This document shows positions 11,342-21,485 of a stretch of 64,000 nucleotides of DNA, piece by piece. The first letter of the stretch is position 1. Every line of letters starts with the position of its first letter. The translations under genes were made by a program, and so were the position numbers. Origin of the DNA: Spirochaetota bacterium (GTDB taxonomy: Bacteria; Spirochaetota; UBA4802; UBA5550); contig CAXXHB010000003.1 in the NCBI GenBank assembly GCA_963664815.2, positions 2,528,001 through 2,592,000 on the forward strand. Direction: 5' to 3'. The notes below the pieces were generated by a model. That model was not told the DNA's origin. It ran no database searches and saw only the letters and a list, made by a program, of their open reading frames with translations.

Positions 11342-11854
11342 CTATTTTTTAAGTAATTCATATTTACAAAATAGAGAAATTTTACAACCCGAATTAACCT
11401 CTATTTTTAAATTATCAGTATAATCATTCTCAAGGTCAGTTTTTACTCCTACCAGATAAATTCCATTTGCATTATTAGATTTGGCAATTTCTATAGCTTT
11501 TTTATCAATTTCTTCAAACGCGATATTTGTTTCTGCTTTAACTAATTTTATAAGAGTAGAAGTTTCTGTTGTAACGATCAAATCGATATAACTTCTTTTA
11601 TACTTTTCTAAATCCAGTGGATAAATAACTTCAAAATCTCCTATTTTTTTATATTGAGAATAATTGTTTTTCTGGACATTAACTACTGAATCGATTTTAG
11701 TTCTTTTTTCTTTATCGCTAATTATTAAATTTTTTACAATACAACCTTTAATTGACAACGCATCATCTTTATAGTTCTTGCAATTTTGCGAAGAGCAATT
11801 ACCTGAAACAACAATAGATAATAGAATTATTGAGATTATAATTTTTTTCTTCAT
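11342..11854 (-). CDS. hypothetical secreted or lipoprotein cassette gene
   Basis: 170 aa with signal peptide; duplicated at 20190-20501. Confidence 0.7.
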   Translation of the reverse strand: MKKKIIISIILLSIVVSGNCSSQNCKNYKDDALSIKGCIVKNLIISDKEKRTKIDSVVNVQKNNYSQYKKIGDFEVIYPLDLEKYKRSYIDLIVTTETSTLIKLVKAETNIAFEEIDKKAIEIAKSNNANGIYLVGVKTDLENDYTDNLKIEVNSGCKISLFCKYELLKK

Positions 11855-11910
11855 AAGCTCCTTACATTAACCAGCCATGCTATGTATAACTATTGTAAAT
11901 TTTCTTACTA

Positions 11911-11980
11911 GTCTGCCAGGTCAGAAAGCTCGCCCCCCTCTTTCCCCTCATAAGAACCGTACGTGAAAGTTTTACCACAG
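11911..11980 (-). ncRNA. group II intron 3' end remnant (DVI and half of DV)
   Basis: minus strand ...ttcacgtacggttctt...ctgacctggcagAC. Confidence 0.8.
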
Positions 11981-12128
11981 AACAACATAAACATTTTTAT
12001 TAATTTCATATCAACAGAAAAAGTCAATATCAATCTTGACATAGCAGGAAGTATAGGGCAATAGTTTCATATTCATAATAAAACGTGTGATGAAGAGTCA
12101 TTCATTAATAAATATTCCGGAGGAGAAT

Positions 12129-12707
12129 ATGCATTTTAAAATAAAATCAGCAAGTCTAATAGCGGCCCTAATCTTGATCTTTGGAGCAGTTGCTTTCTTT
12201 GCAAATGAAAGCACCGCGCAGGGAAAGACATACAAGATAGGAGATAAAGGCCCAGCCGGAGGTCGGGTATTTTATGACAAAGGTAATTCTGATGACGGCT
12301 GGAGATATTTGGAAGCAGCACCAGTTGATCAGAGCGTTAAATCAGAATGGGGTTGTTATGAAAAATCAATACCCGGAGCACAAGGTACAGCCATAGGGAC
12401 TGGTAAAAGCAACACGGAGGCTATAGTTAAAAGTTGTGGAGAAGCAAAAATAGCAGCTGAATTATGCACTGCATACAGAGGCGGCGGAAAAAGTGACTGG
12501 TTTTTGCCATCTAAAGATGAGCTTAACCGAATGTATATGAATTTGTATAAAAACGGTGTTGGCGGTTTCGTTGGTACCCTCTATTGGAGTTCGTCTGAGA
12601 ACGATGCTGGCAGCGCCTGGGGGCAGAATTTCTACAGTGGCGCCCAGGGCGACGGCAATAAGGACAACACCTTCAGAGTTCGGGCTGTCCGGGCTTTTAT
12701 CAATTGA
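12129..12707 (+). CDS. secreted DUF1566/CLec-fold protein, putative DGR target (copy 1)
   Basis: ggag RBS before ATG 12129; DWFLPSKDEL, YWSSSE..AW...F, RVRAVRAF. Confidence 0.85.
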   Translation: MHFKIKSASLIAALILIFGAVAFFANESTAQGKTYKIGDKGPAGGRVFYDKGNSDDGWRYLEAAPVDQSVKSEWGCYEKSIPGAQGTAIGTGKSNTEAIVKSCGEAKIAAELCTAYRGGGKSDWFLPSKDELNRMYMNLYKNGVGGFVGTLYWSSSENDAGSAWGQNFYSGAQGDGNKDNTFRVRAVRAFIN

Positions 12708-12851
12708 AATATTTAACTATTTTTACTTTCCCGCTGTAGCGGGTTCAAAAATTTTTAATGGTATCCTATGGCGCTTACTAAACTCAAGGATGAATTGCAA
12801 TAAGGTACGAGCTTAAAATATCAGCAGGAAATATCCGAATACATTGAAGAT

Positions 12852-13188
12852 AAGTATACCCGGAGTTTTTGAGACGTTGCATAAAATCGCCATTTACGGT
12901 CTATCCGCTGACTGGACAAATAATGATTTTACTGGATTATTTTTTTCCGGTAAAATCACCGGATTTTTACTGTATGTTATTTCAAAGACCGGAAGAAAAC
13001 GGTATTCAAATTCCTATGACTGTGCTGAGTATAATCAAAGTATGTTCTGCCCGATATCAATGGTTTTGTCCAACAAAAGTCTTAACATAGCTGCTGTCTG
13101 AAATTTAAAATTATCTGCTTAATATTTTTATACCGCTGATAAAGACCAGCGGTTTTTTTGGGCAGCTACGTTAAGACTTCTATAAGTT
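12852..13188 (+). repeat. repeat B plus repeat A (inverted attC-like hairpin, 13068-13188)
   Basis: gtccAAC-aaaagtcttaacatagctgc...gcagctacgttaagactt-ctataa-GTT. Confidence 0.9.
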
Positions 13189-13445
13189 ATGTGAAGGCGT
13201 TGTATTTTTTGTAGATTTCAACATATTTATCTATCTCGTTGAGTGAAAAAAAGTGAATTTTTTACTTGACTATAGATATGTTTATTACGATTATATTTGT
13301 AAATGGAGTTTATGTTTTGAGAGGTAGTTTTATGATAAAAATATTTACAGAAATAGAAGATATTTAACTGGCAAACGTCGTGTAAGCATGACGTTGAAAT
13401 TGCTATTTTGAAGCTTGAATAGGACAATTTGTAAAAAATTCATTT

Positions 13446-13472
13446 AAAAAAAGACCCAAAGGGTCTTTTTTT
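13446..13472. terminator. intrinsic terminator-like hairpin
   Basis: aaaaaagaccc-aaa-gggtcttttttt at the stop of 13471-14202. Confidence 0.65.
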
Positions 13473-14202
13473 ATACTCCCATTTTTGGCTTAAACTCACT
13501 TTTTTCAGTAAATCTTCTTGCTAATGCTTGGAACCAATCTCCAAAATGCACTGATTTATGCTTATTTCTCCTGTGATTTATGTATATTTCATATATTTTC
13601 CAATTTTTTATAATAAGGCTTCCTATCAAATCAACAACTAAATTTTCATCGTACACATGAGAATAAACACCTCTAGAAATTATTTCATAAACATTAATTA
13701 TATGAAGTAATGCTTCTCTGATTTTTTTTCCATCTTCTGTCATTTGAAAAAAAGATTGATCTTTTTCAAGTTTATAACCACCTTTTTCGTCAATATCACA
13801 AATCCACGAATGCAATATTTCTTCAGTTAGAGGCTTTCTTTCTTCAATTAATTCATCAAGAGTGATAATTTTATTTTTATAATATTCTTTCTGGATATCT
13901 CTGATTTCTTTTCTGTATGTTTGTATTTCTTTGACTAATTTGGGCAATTCAGTCATAGTTGTTTCTCTTCTCTTGAGCCATACATTTTTTTTTGCTTGAT
14001 AGACACCTAAAAGTAATGTAGATACAACTGCAAGGGCGGTAAAAGTTTTAACAACAGGTTCGTTAAATTTTTGGAATTTATATATTGTATAAACATTATA
14101 CAATACAATGGAAAGACCTATACAAATTACCAATATGATTATGAAGTAAACAACACGATCGATGAATTGTTCAATTTCACTTTTTCTTATACTTTTCAAC
14201 AT
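13471..14202 (-). CDS. membrane protein, DUF4760-like
   Basis: two N-terminal TM segments; IINVYEIISRGV...YDENLV...I..RR C-terminus. Confidence 0.65.
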   Translation of the reverse strand: MLKSIRKSEIEQFIDRVVYFIIILVICIGLSIVLYNVYTIYKFQKFNEPVVKTFTALAVVSTLLLGVYQAKKNVWLKRRETTMTELPKLVKEIQTYRKEIRDIQKEYYKNKIITLDELIEERKPLTEEILHSWICDIDEKGGYKLEKDQSFFQMTEDGKKIREALLHIINVYEIISRGVYSHVYDENLVVDLIGSLIIKNWKIYEIYINHRRNKHKSVHFGDWFQALARRFTEKSEFKPKMGV

Positions 14203-14463
14203 TATTTTCTCTCATTTTTGTAATAGTATGTTGTTATCATTGTAAGGCATAAATAATATATCAAGCATCTTATTTTAAATAAAGTGAAATGTCCACATGA
14301 GATAATTGGACAATTTTTTTATGTAAAACGTTTAGTCCAGCCTCCTTCCTGACCAAAAGAATGGGAACGGGATATTCTCCCTGAAACCCGAATAGACGAG
14401 TGGACCATTCATTTAACCCGTCAAGTTGGTCTTGAGTATCAAAAATATCATAAGGGGGATTGA

Positions 14464-15549
14464 TTGTCAATGTTTTATGGGATAGATCTTCACACAGATA
14501 GTTTTAAAGCAGCAGTTTTAGGAGAAAACACGGACGAACTGACAATGGAAACAGTCAGTTTAAAAACAGAAGCATTTAGGAGATTTTTAAGTAAACTGAT
14601 GATTGAGGATTATATAGTCGTTGAGGCATCAACCAATACATTCTGGTTTGTGGAACAGGTTAAAGAATATGTAAAGGAAGTCTATGTTGTAGATCCTTAC
14701 AAGTTTTCAATAATATCGAATTCCAGGAAGAAGACTGATAAGATTGATGCCATTAAACTGGCAAAGAAATTGAAATATTATGTATGCTACGATAAATCAT
14801 CGGATGAATTTCCGATAATCTACGTTCCATCAAAGGAAGTTAGCGAGTTGAGAAGCATGTTTGTAACGTATGAAATGCTCAAGAAACAGGCATGTATGAC
14901 AAAGAACCGTATCAGGTCACTTTTCCGTCAGAATGGTATTTTCGGATTTTCTAAGGAAAATCTTTCATACAACCACATACAGGACAGGATCAGGAGTCTG
15001 CCTGTCAGTGAGGCATTTTTAGTTCAAATCAATATTTTGCTATCAACGCTCAATTCTCTTGAAAATGAAAAAGAGAATATAAAGAAAGCAATTCTGAAGA
15101 AAGGGAAGATATTTTACAGAGAGATACGGATTCTGACAAGTATCCGCGGCATAAGCCCTTTTCTTGCTATCGCAATAATGTCAGATATTGCAGATATTAA
15201 CAGATTTCCCAGTGCTAAAAAACTATGCTCGTATTTAAGAACAGCTCCCCGAATAGATGCATCAGGGAACACAGCACATGTTGGTAAGGTGAATAAACAG
15301 TCAAGGACATTGACTGCCAGTTTAATGACAGAGAGTATAAAGCATTTCATTGATTCAAGTGACAGGCTTTATAAGTTTTATTTTGAAAAAAGGAAAGGTA
15401 AGAATGCCGGAAAGGTTCGTGTTGCAGTAATGCGCAAGATCATCGTTATCATTTATAATATGCTGAAAGAGAATAAAATGTATTACTATACTGATGAAAA
15501 AAACCATGTAGCAAAGATGAAACAATATGAGTCAGCATTAGCTGCATGA
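14464..15549 (+). mobile_element. IS110-family transposase
   Basis: YGIDLH, VVEAS and KTDKIDA (DEDD RuvC domain); LTSIRGI...DINRF..AKKLCSY..SG. Confidence 0.93.
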
Positions 15550-16189
15550 TTTTTTATAAATATTTTTAAAAAGTGTTGATTTTCATCATAGACGACGCCG
15601 CTCATGTCGACGCAGCTCAATACAGGCAGTGCATCGCCTGTTATATGCCGACAGGGGGTCACTGAGCCAGCCGAAGTGCAAACATCCTGTTTGCCCGACA
15701 GAACCGCCTGAGCAACAGCCCGACACAATATTAATGGATTTTAAATTACCGGATTTATAATTTCAAGAATAATTCGTATGTAGAAATTTGAATAAATAAA
15801 CAATTGATTCTTTATAACAACCAATATATCTGCTTTTAAATTACTGTTAAACGATACTTTCCGGAATAAATTATCAGTATTTCTTAATCATCAGAATAAA
15901 AGTATCCATTCATGATCTTCCTACATCCACCACAATCATAATACATCAATATGCAGATAATAATCTACAACCACTCTGCTTCGCCGGAGGTGAACGATAC
16001 CTCACCGGTTCAAGAATCTCTTTCACTACAAGCCTTCCGGTTTTGCATGCAGGGCAGCATGAAAGGTTTTTACCTGTGACGCGCAGATAGATTTAACTCC
16101 ATGTCTGCGGTATACTTTCATTCTTCTTTTGAATTTCGTAAAACTCGCGGCATGCCGCAACAGCCTTCTTTTTTTTCCGGTGAGAGAGA

Positions 16190-16397
16190 ATTCCGAAGTA
16201 CCAACAGGGCAAACAATCTTGCCCTTTGCCGGATGTTTCTTGGTCAGCCTCTGGCGGAGCAGGATGAGCGGAGCAAAGAGCTTCTTGAGGATACAGCTTT
16301 CCTGGTCTGGAAATATTTCAGGATTGATATAACTCTCTGCAGGGAGTGTGGAAAAGGACACATTCATTATATCCATGGCTTGTCGACTTACGGTTAG
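16190..16397 (+). pseudogene. C-terminal fragment of an IS91-like (Y2) transposase
   Basis: NRANNLALCRMFLG...IDITLCRECGKG zinc-ribbon-like tail directly upstream of repeat B. Confidence 0.55.
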
Positions 16398-16448
16398 CTG
16401 TTATAAAGAAGTATATCCGCACAGATTTAAAAACTGTTTTATAGAGAG

Positions 16449-16793
16449 GATAAGTATGCCCGGAGCTTTTAAGATTTTGCATAAAATCGCCATTTACGGT
16501 CTCTCCGCTGACTGGAGAAATAATTATTTTACGGGATTATTATTTTTTCCGGTAAGATCACCGGATTATTACTGTATATTATTTCAAAGACCGGAAGAAA
16601 ACGGTATTCAAATTCCTGTTATGAGTATTCTGAGTATAATCGAAGCATATTCTGCCCGATTCCAGTGGTTTCGTCCAACAAAAGTTTTAACATGGCTGCT
16701 GTCTGAAGATTGAAATTATCTATCTAATATTTTTATACCACTGATAAAGACCCGCGGTTCTTTTGGGCAGCTACGTTTAGACTTCTATAAGTT
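16449..16793 (+). repeat. repeat B plus repeat A (16673-16793)
   Basis: same repeat as 12852-13188; ends in GTTATGTGC. Confidence 0.9.
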
Positions 16794-17282
16794 ATGTGCA
16801 GTACTACCGCGTTTTTTAAAAAATCTGGGAATAAATCTTCCTGTATCCTTACAATATTTTTCATACTCGTTAGGGAAAATAGTTTTTAAATCTTTTTCTT
16901 CTTTTATAATTAGCAAATGCCAAATAGGGTGTAGAATCAATGCCCAAATAATAAATATCCAATTATTTAATAAAAATGCCAAACCAAAATTAAAAAAAGT
17001 TAAAAATGCTGCATACAAAGGATGCCGAAAATATCTCAACGCTCCTGTAGTTATTAATGCCTTACCTCGTAATTTTGGATTTAATGAAACAAGACTCCAA
17101 GTAATTATTATAATGCTAACAATAGTTAATAACACAAAAATAGACACAGGAACAAAATCTTGATTATTAAACACTTGAGGAATATTTAACAAATTTTTTA
17201 AATAAAATGAGATTATTAATAATGCTAAACTTATTAATAATCCAATAGGCCCCGACCCAAATATTCTATTGAAATTATTCAT
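16785..17282 (-). CDS. isoprenylcysteine/phospholipid methyltransferase family membrane protein (cassette)
   Basis: LITTGALRYFRHPLY, EEKDL..IF..EY..Y..TGRFIP; reads through the R'' box. Confidence 0.85.
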   Translation of the reverse strand: MNNFNRIFGSGPIGLLISLALLIISFYLKNLLNIPQVFNNQDFVPVSIFVLLTIVSIIIITWSLVSLNPKLRGKALITTGALRYFRHPLYAAFLTFFNFGLAFLLNNWIFIIWALILHPIWHLLIIKEEKDLKTIFPNEYEKYCKDTGRFIPRFFKKRGSTAHNL

Positions 17283-17317
17283 ATAATTCTCCTTTTCAAA
17301 TATTGCTTGCGGTAGTA

Positions 17318-18080
17318 GTCTGCCAGGTCAGGGAACCCGTACCCCCTTTTCCCAATAAGAACCGTATGTGAAAGTTTCACCACAGGCACTTCCTCCGGAC
17401 GCCCTTTATGCGGCTCAAGCCGTCTAAAGCTGATTATACAATCAGCCGCTGTTATCTGATTTTATTCTCATTTTTCTATAGCAGAAATAATCAGAATCTT
17501 CTTTTAAAAATGGGCTCCTGTCAAGACATATCATTCTGTGCCGTACAATTTTAATGTGTCCCGCAGTAAAGAGAATCTCCTCATCAGAACATAAAGTTTG
17601 AGTCTCTTTTCCTATGCGTTTTACAGTACCGGTTTTTAAGCCATAAAGAATTTTTCATCGTATGTCTGGAACTGCCCCATCTCCATAGAGCCTGAAAAAG
17701 AACAGTATTGGAATTTTTAAAAGGATTCCTTTTAAAACCATTCCCCGGAGCTTTTGAGACGTTGAATAAAATCGCCATTCACGGTCTATCCGCTGACTGG
17801 AGAAATAATTATTTTATGTGATTTTTATTTTTTCCGGTAAAATCACCGGATTTTTACTGTATATTATTTCAAAGACCGGAAGAAAACGGTATTCAAAATC
17901 CTATTTATACTTGTGCTTAGTATTATCGAAGCATGTTCTGCCCGATGTCAGTGGTTTCGTCCAACAGAAGTCTTAACATAGATGCTGCTTGAATTTTAAA
18001 ATTATCTGCTTAATATTTTTATACCGCTAATAAAGATTAGCGGTTTTTTTGAGGCAGCTACGTTAAGACTTCTATAAGTT
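17318..18080. mobile_element. composite repeat: group II intron 3' remnant, linker, repeat B, repeat A
   Basis: intron DV/DVI and RT C-terminus (LFQALWRWG..H..K) on the minus strand; same junction as 20558-21470 and 37932-38643. Confidence 0.85.
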
Positions 18081-18432
18081 ATATGATTTTTTTGGTCCCT
18101 TCATTACACGAAAATCCTCTATTTTTTATTCTTTTTTCTTTTTTATCTTTAACAAATTCAAGTTTATAATGTAACACTGAAAGTATCGGTGTCAGAGTAT
18201 TTAAGCTGATGTTAGTACTTTTTCCTGATCTTAGATTTTGAATCATTGTTGGAGAAACACCTGATTCTTCTGCTAGTTTTCTGACAGAAATTTTATTTTC
18301 TTCCATAGCTTCAATAAGAAATTCAGAAATAAGAAATTTTTCATATCCTTTTTCAAAATCAGCTTTCCATTCCGGGTCTTGCATGAGTTTATCAAATGTA
18401 CTTAATTGTTCGGGGGCTTTATTCTTCTTCAT
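18079..18432 (-). CDS. XRE HTH antitoxin
   Basis: ISVRKLAEESGVSPTMIQNLRSG; stop codon inside the R'' box. Confidence 0.85.
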   Translation of the reverse strand: MKKNKAPEQLSTFDKLMQDPEWKADFEKGYEKFLISEFLIEAMEENKISVRKLAEESGVSPTMIQNLRSGKSTNISLNTLTPILSVLHYKLEFVKDKKEKRIKNRGFSCNEGTKKII

Positions 18433-18811
18433 AATATTTTCCTTCTTTAACTCTTCTTATATAACTTTCTTTATAATTTAATGCTTTAATCTTTTCGTTT
18501 TCAGGTAATTTATCTGATTTTTTCCGAAATGCGTTTGTTACTATGATTGTTTTACCTGTAACGAAGAATGATAAAAATCTTTCCGGTTGAGGTTTAAATG
18601 CGTAAATTTTATCTCCTTCATATCGGAATTTCGTAATGTCATTGATTTTTCCATTATCACCCATTCTCTTGAGAAGGTAGAAAACTTTCTTTTGCATTTC
18701 TGTATCAAGTTCTAATAAATAGTCATAAGCTTGACTATTTCCGGATTCATCATAATACCATTCGATGGTATAAATTTTGCCTTTGTATGCGATGTAGTCT
18801 TTTTTACTCAT
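18419..18811 (-). CDS. RelE/ParE (Gp49-like) toxin
   Basis: KIYAFKPQPERFLSFF...IIVTNAFRKKSDKLP; overlaps the antitoxin gene. Confidence 0.85.
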   Translation of the reverse strand: MSKKDYIAYKGKIYTIEWYYDESGNSQAYDYLLELDTEMQKKVFYLLKRMGDNGKINDITKFRYEGDKIYAFKPQPERFLSFFVTGKTIIVTNAFRKKSDKLPENEKIKALNYKESYIRRVKEGKYYEEE

Positions 18812-18816
18812 AATCT

Positions 18817-18845
18817 AGTGTATCAATATATTTGCACAATGTCAA
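18817..18845 (-). promoter_or_regulatory. sigma70 promoter, probably giving a leaderless TA mRNA
   Basis: TTGACA-17-TACACT ends 5 nt before ATG 18811. Confidence 0.7.
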
Positions 18846-18896
18846 TAGTTTTTTTAGTTTTATTTCAGTGAAAAGTTTATAAAAATACGTCAAGCA

Positions 18897-19134
18897 GAGT
18901 ATCTGCCTGTTATATGCCGGTAAAGGCAGGTGCGCCGATATTGCAATTTTTAAAGTGTTTTGATATACCGGAAAAGTCAATCCTGTTATCGACCAGGGCT
19001 CTCCAGCGGTTTCATCCAACAAAAGTCTTAACATAGCTGCCATCTGAAGATTAAAATTATCTGCTTAATATTTTATACATCTGATAAAGAATGACGGTTC
19101 TTTTGGGGTAGCTACGTTTAGACTCCTATAAGTG
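18897..19134 (+). repeat. variant repeat B plus repeat A (19014-19134)
   Basis: divergent upstream segment ending gcggtttcatccaac, then the typical hairpin; core is GTG instead of GTT. Confidence 0.8.
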
Positions 19135-19154
19135 GGGCGCAGTATATTGAAATA

Positions 19155-19364
19155 TTAATCTATAAGTTTTATAGATATTATTTTAATATCACAAATATCA
19201 TTACCTTTCTCATATGCGGCATCAAATTGTATTTCTTTAATGGTTGTAACGATAGGGTCTATGTTAAATTCTTTTATTGGAATAGTAATTGTATAGGTGT
19301 TATCAGATGGTTTTTTAATAGAATATTGGTCAGATTCATTCAAATAACTCCAAATATTAATTAA
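19155..19364 (-). pseudogene. 3' fragment of a cassette gene truncated by IS701
   Basis: short AT-rich ORF abutting the IS701 end at 19365. Confidence 0.55.
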
Positions 19365-20189
19365 CTCGAGTTAGGCGTTTTTTGGACATAGCTACACCAC
19401 GAGTTTTAGTTTTTTATAAATGTCCCTCTTGGAGACACCCTTTTTATACATTATAATCACTTGATCAACGGACTCCCGCTTCTTCATTATTTTGAAATAC
19501 TGTCGAGATTTCCCAAGACTCTGTTCATTGTTAGCAACTCTCAATGATTCAAGTTTATATCCGTACTAAGGATGAACATGCTATATCCGGTTTTGTTTTA
19601 AATACTTCTCCGGATTCAGTTTCCACTTTCTCATTTAGATAAAACCGGAAATCATATGGAAAAGATATATCCCCTGATCTATAATGACTTGTCACCAAGC
19701 TGTGACCATATACCGTTCTGCCTTTTGAATGAGAATAATGCCACCCGAGACTTTCTATCTTCTTCGGTTTTCCCGGCTTCTCTATCACAGTATCATCTAT
19801 TATTAAAAAGCCTGTCCCGTTTTTCTTAGCGATACATTTTAAAAAATTCCTGTTAACTCTTAAAAGATCTTTACAGGTCCAAGCTGTATCTCTTATAAAC
19901 TTTATATCATTACTAACATCTCTTGTGTCAACCTGAATGGAGTTGATACTTGAGATTGTATGACGACCATCATATTCTATTATCCCTTTCAGCATCTTAG
20001 TAAAATGCCTCATTTGCGGTTTTGAAAAAATTTCTTTCGCCGCTGTAAAGTACTTGTCTTCTGTAATCTGTTGTTTATTTTTTTATCCATGTTAAGTCGT
20101 TTTTAAAATACTATTCATAATGGGGCTTAAAATTAATACAATTTTTTGCCCCATTATCTTTTTTCTTTTAAAAAAACGCCTAACTCAAG
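19365..20189 (-). mobile_element. IS701-family non-autonomous derivative
   Basis: inverted repeats ctcgagttaggcgtttttt / aaaaaacgcctaactcaag; two internal deletions. Confidence 0.9.
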
Positions 20190-20501
20190 TAATTTTATAA
20201 GAGTAGAAGTTTCTATTGTAACAATCAAATCGATATAACTTCTTTTATACTTTTCTAAATCCAGTGGATAAATAACTTCAAAATCTCCTATTTTTTTATA
20301 TTGAGAATAATTGTTTTTCTGGACATTAACTACTGAATCGATTTTAGTTCTTTTTTCTTTATCGCTAATTATTAAATTTTTTACAATACAACCTTTAATT
20401 GACAACACATCATCTTTATAGTTCTTGCAATTTTGCGAAGAGCAATTACCTGAAACAACAATAGATAATAGAATTATTGAGATTATAATTTTTTTCTTCA
20501 T
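20190..20501 (-). pseudogene. truncated duplicate of cassette gene 11342-11854
   Basis: near-identical to 11543-11854, cut by IS701. Confidence 0.9.
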
Positions 20502-20557
20502 AAGCTCCTTACATTAACCAGCCATGCTATGTATAACTATTGTAAATTTTCTTACTA

Positions 20558-21470
20558 GTCTGCCAGGTCAGGAAGCTCGCGCCTCCTTTCTCCCATAAAA
20601 ACCGTACGTGAAAGTTTTACCACAGGCACTTTCTCCGGTCGCCCTTCATACAGCTCAAGCCGTCTAAAGCTGATTATACAACCAACCGCTGTTAGCTGTT
20701 TTTATTCCCGTTTTTCTATAGTAGAAATAATCAGAATCTTCTTTTAAAAATGGGTTCCTGTCAAGACTTATCATTCTGTGCTGCACAATTTTAATGTGTC
20801 CCGCAGTAATGAGAATCTACTCATCAGAACAGAAAGTTTAAGCCCCTGTTACCTATGCGTTTTAAAGTACCGGTTTTTAAGCCATAAAGAATTTTTCATC
20901 GGGTGTCTGGAACTGCCCCATCTCCATAGAGCCTGAAAAAGAACAGTGTTGTGATTTTTAAAGAATTCCTTTTAAAACCATTCCCCGGGAGCTTTTAAGA
21001 CGTTGAATGAAATTGCCATTCACAGTCTATCCGATGATTGCATAAGTACTTCATTTATAATTATTATCAGATAATCTAATAATTGTCTGGACCCTGATTT
21101 ACCTGATTACAGGATGGTCAGGATTCACCTGCCAGTTCCGGAGACTAAATCATGATAATCTTTTAATCCTTTAATCCCGATTCAGATAGCTGTAGTATCA
21201 GGTTTTTACAAGATTTTTTGTTTTTCCGGTAAAATCACCGGATTCTTACTGCATGTTACTTCAAAGACCGTGAGAAAACTGTATTCAAATTCCTGTTATG
21301 ACTATTCTGAGTATAATCGAAGCATGTTCTGCCCCGATATCAGCGGTTTCGTCCAACAAAAGTCTTAACATAGATGCTTCCTGAATTTTAAAATTATCTG
21401 CTTAATATTTTATACATCTGATAAAGAATGACGGTTCTTTTGGGCAGCTACGTTAAGACTTCTATAAGTT
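20558..21470. mobile_element. composite repeat (intron remnant, B, A) with a REP-like insertion
   Basis: as 17318-18080, with an extra palindromic segment at about 21085-21186. Confidence 0.85.
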
Positions 21471-21485
21471 GTACGTCGTTTGATT

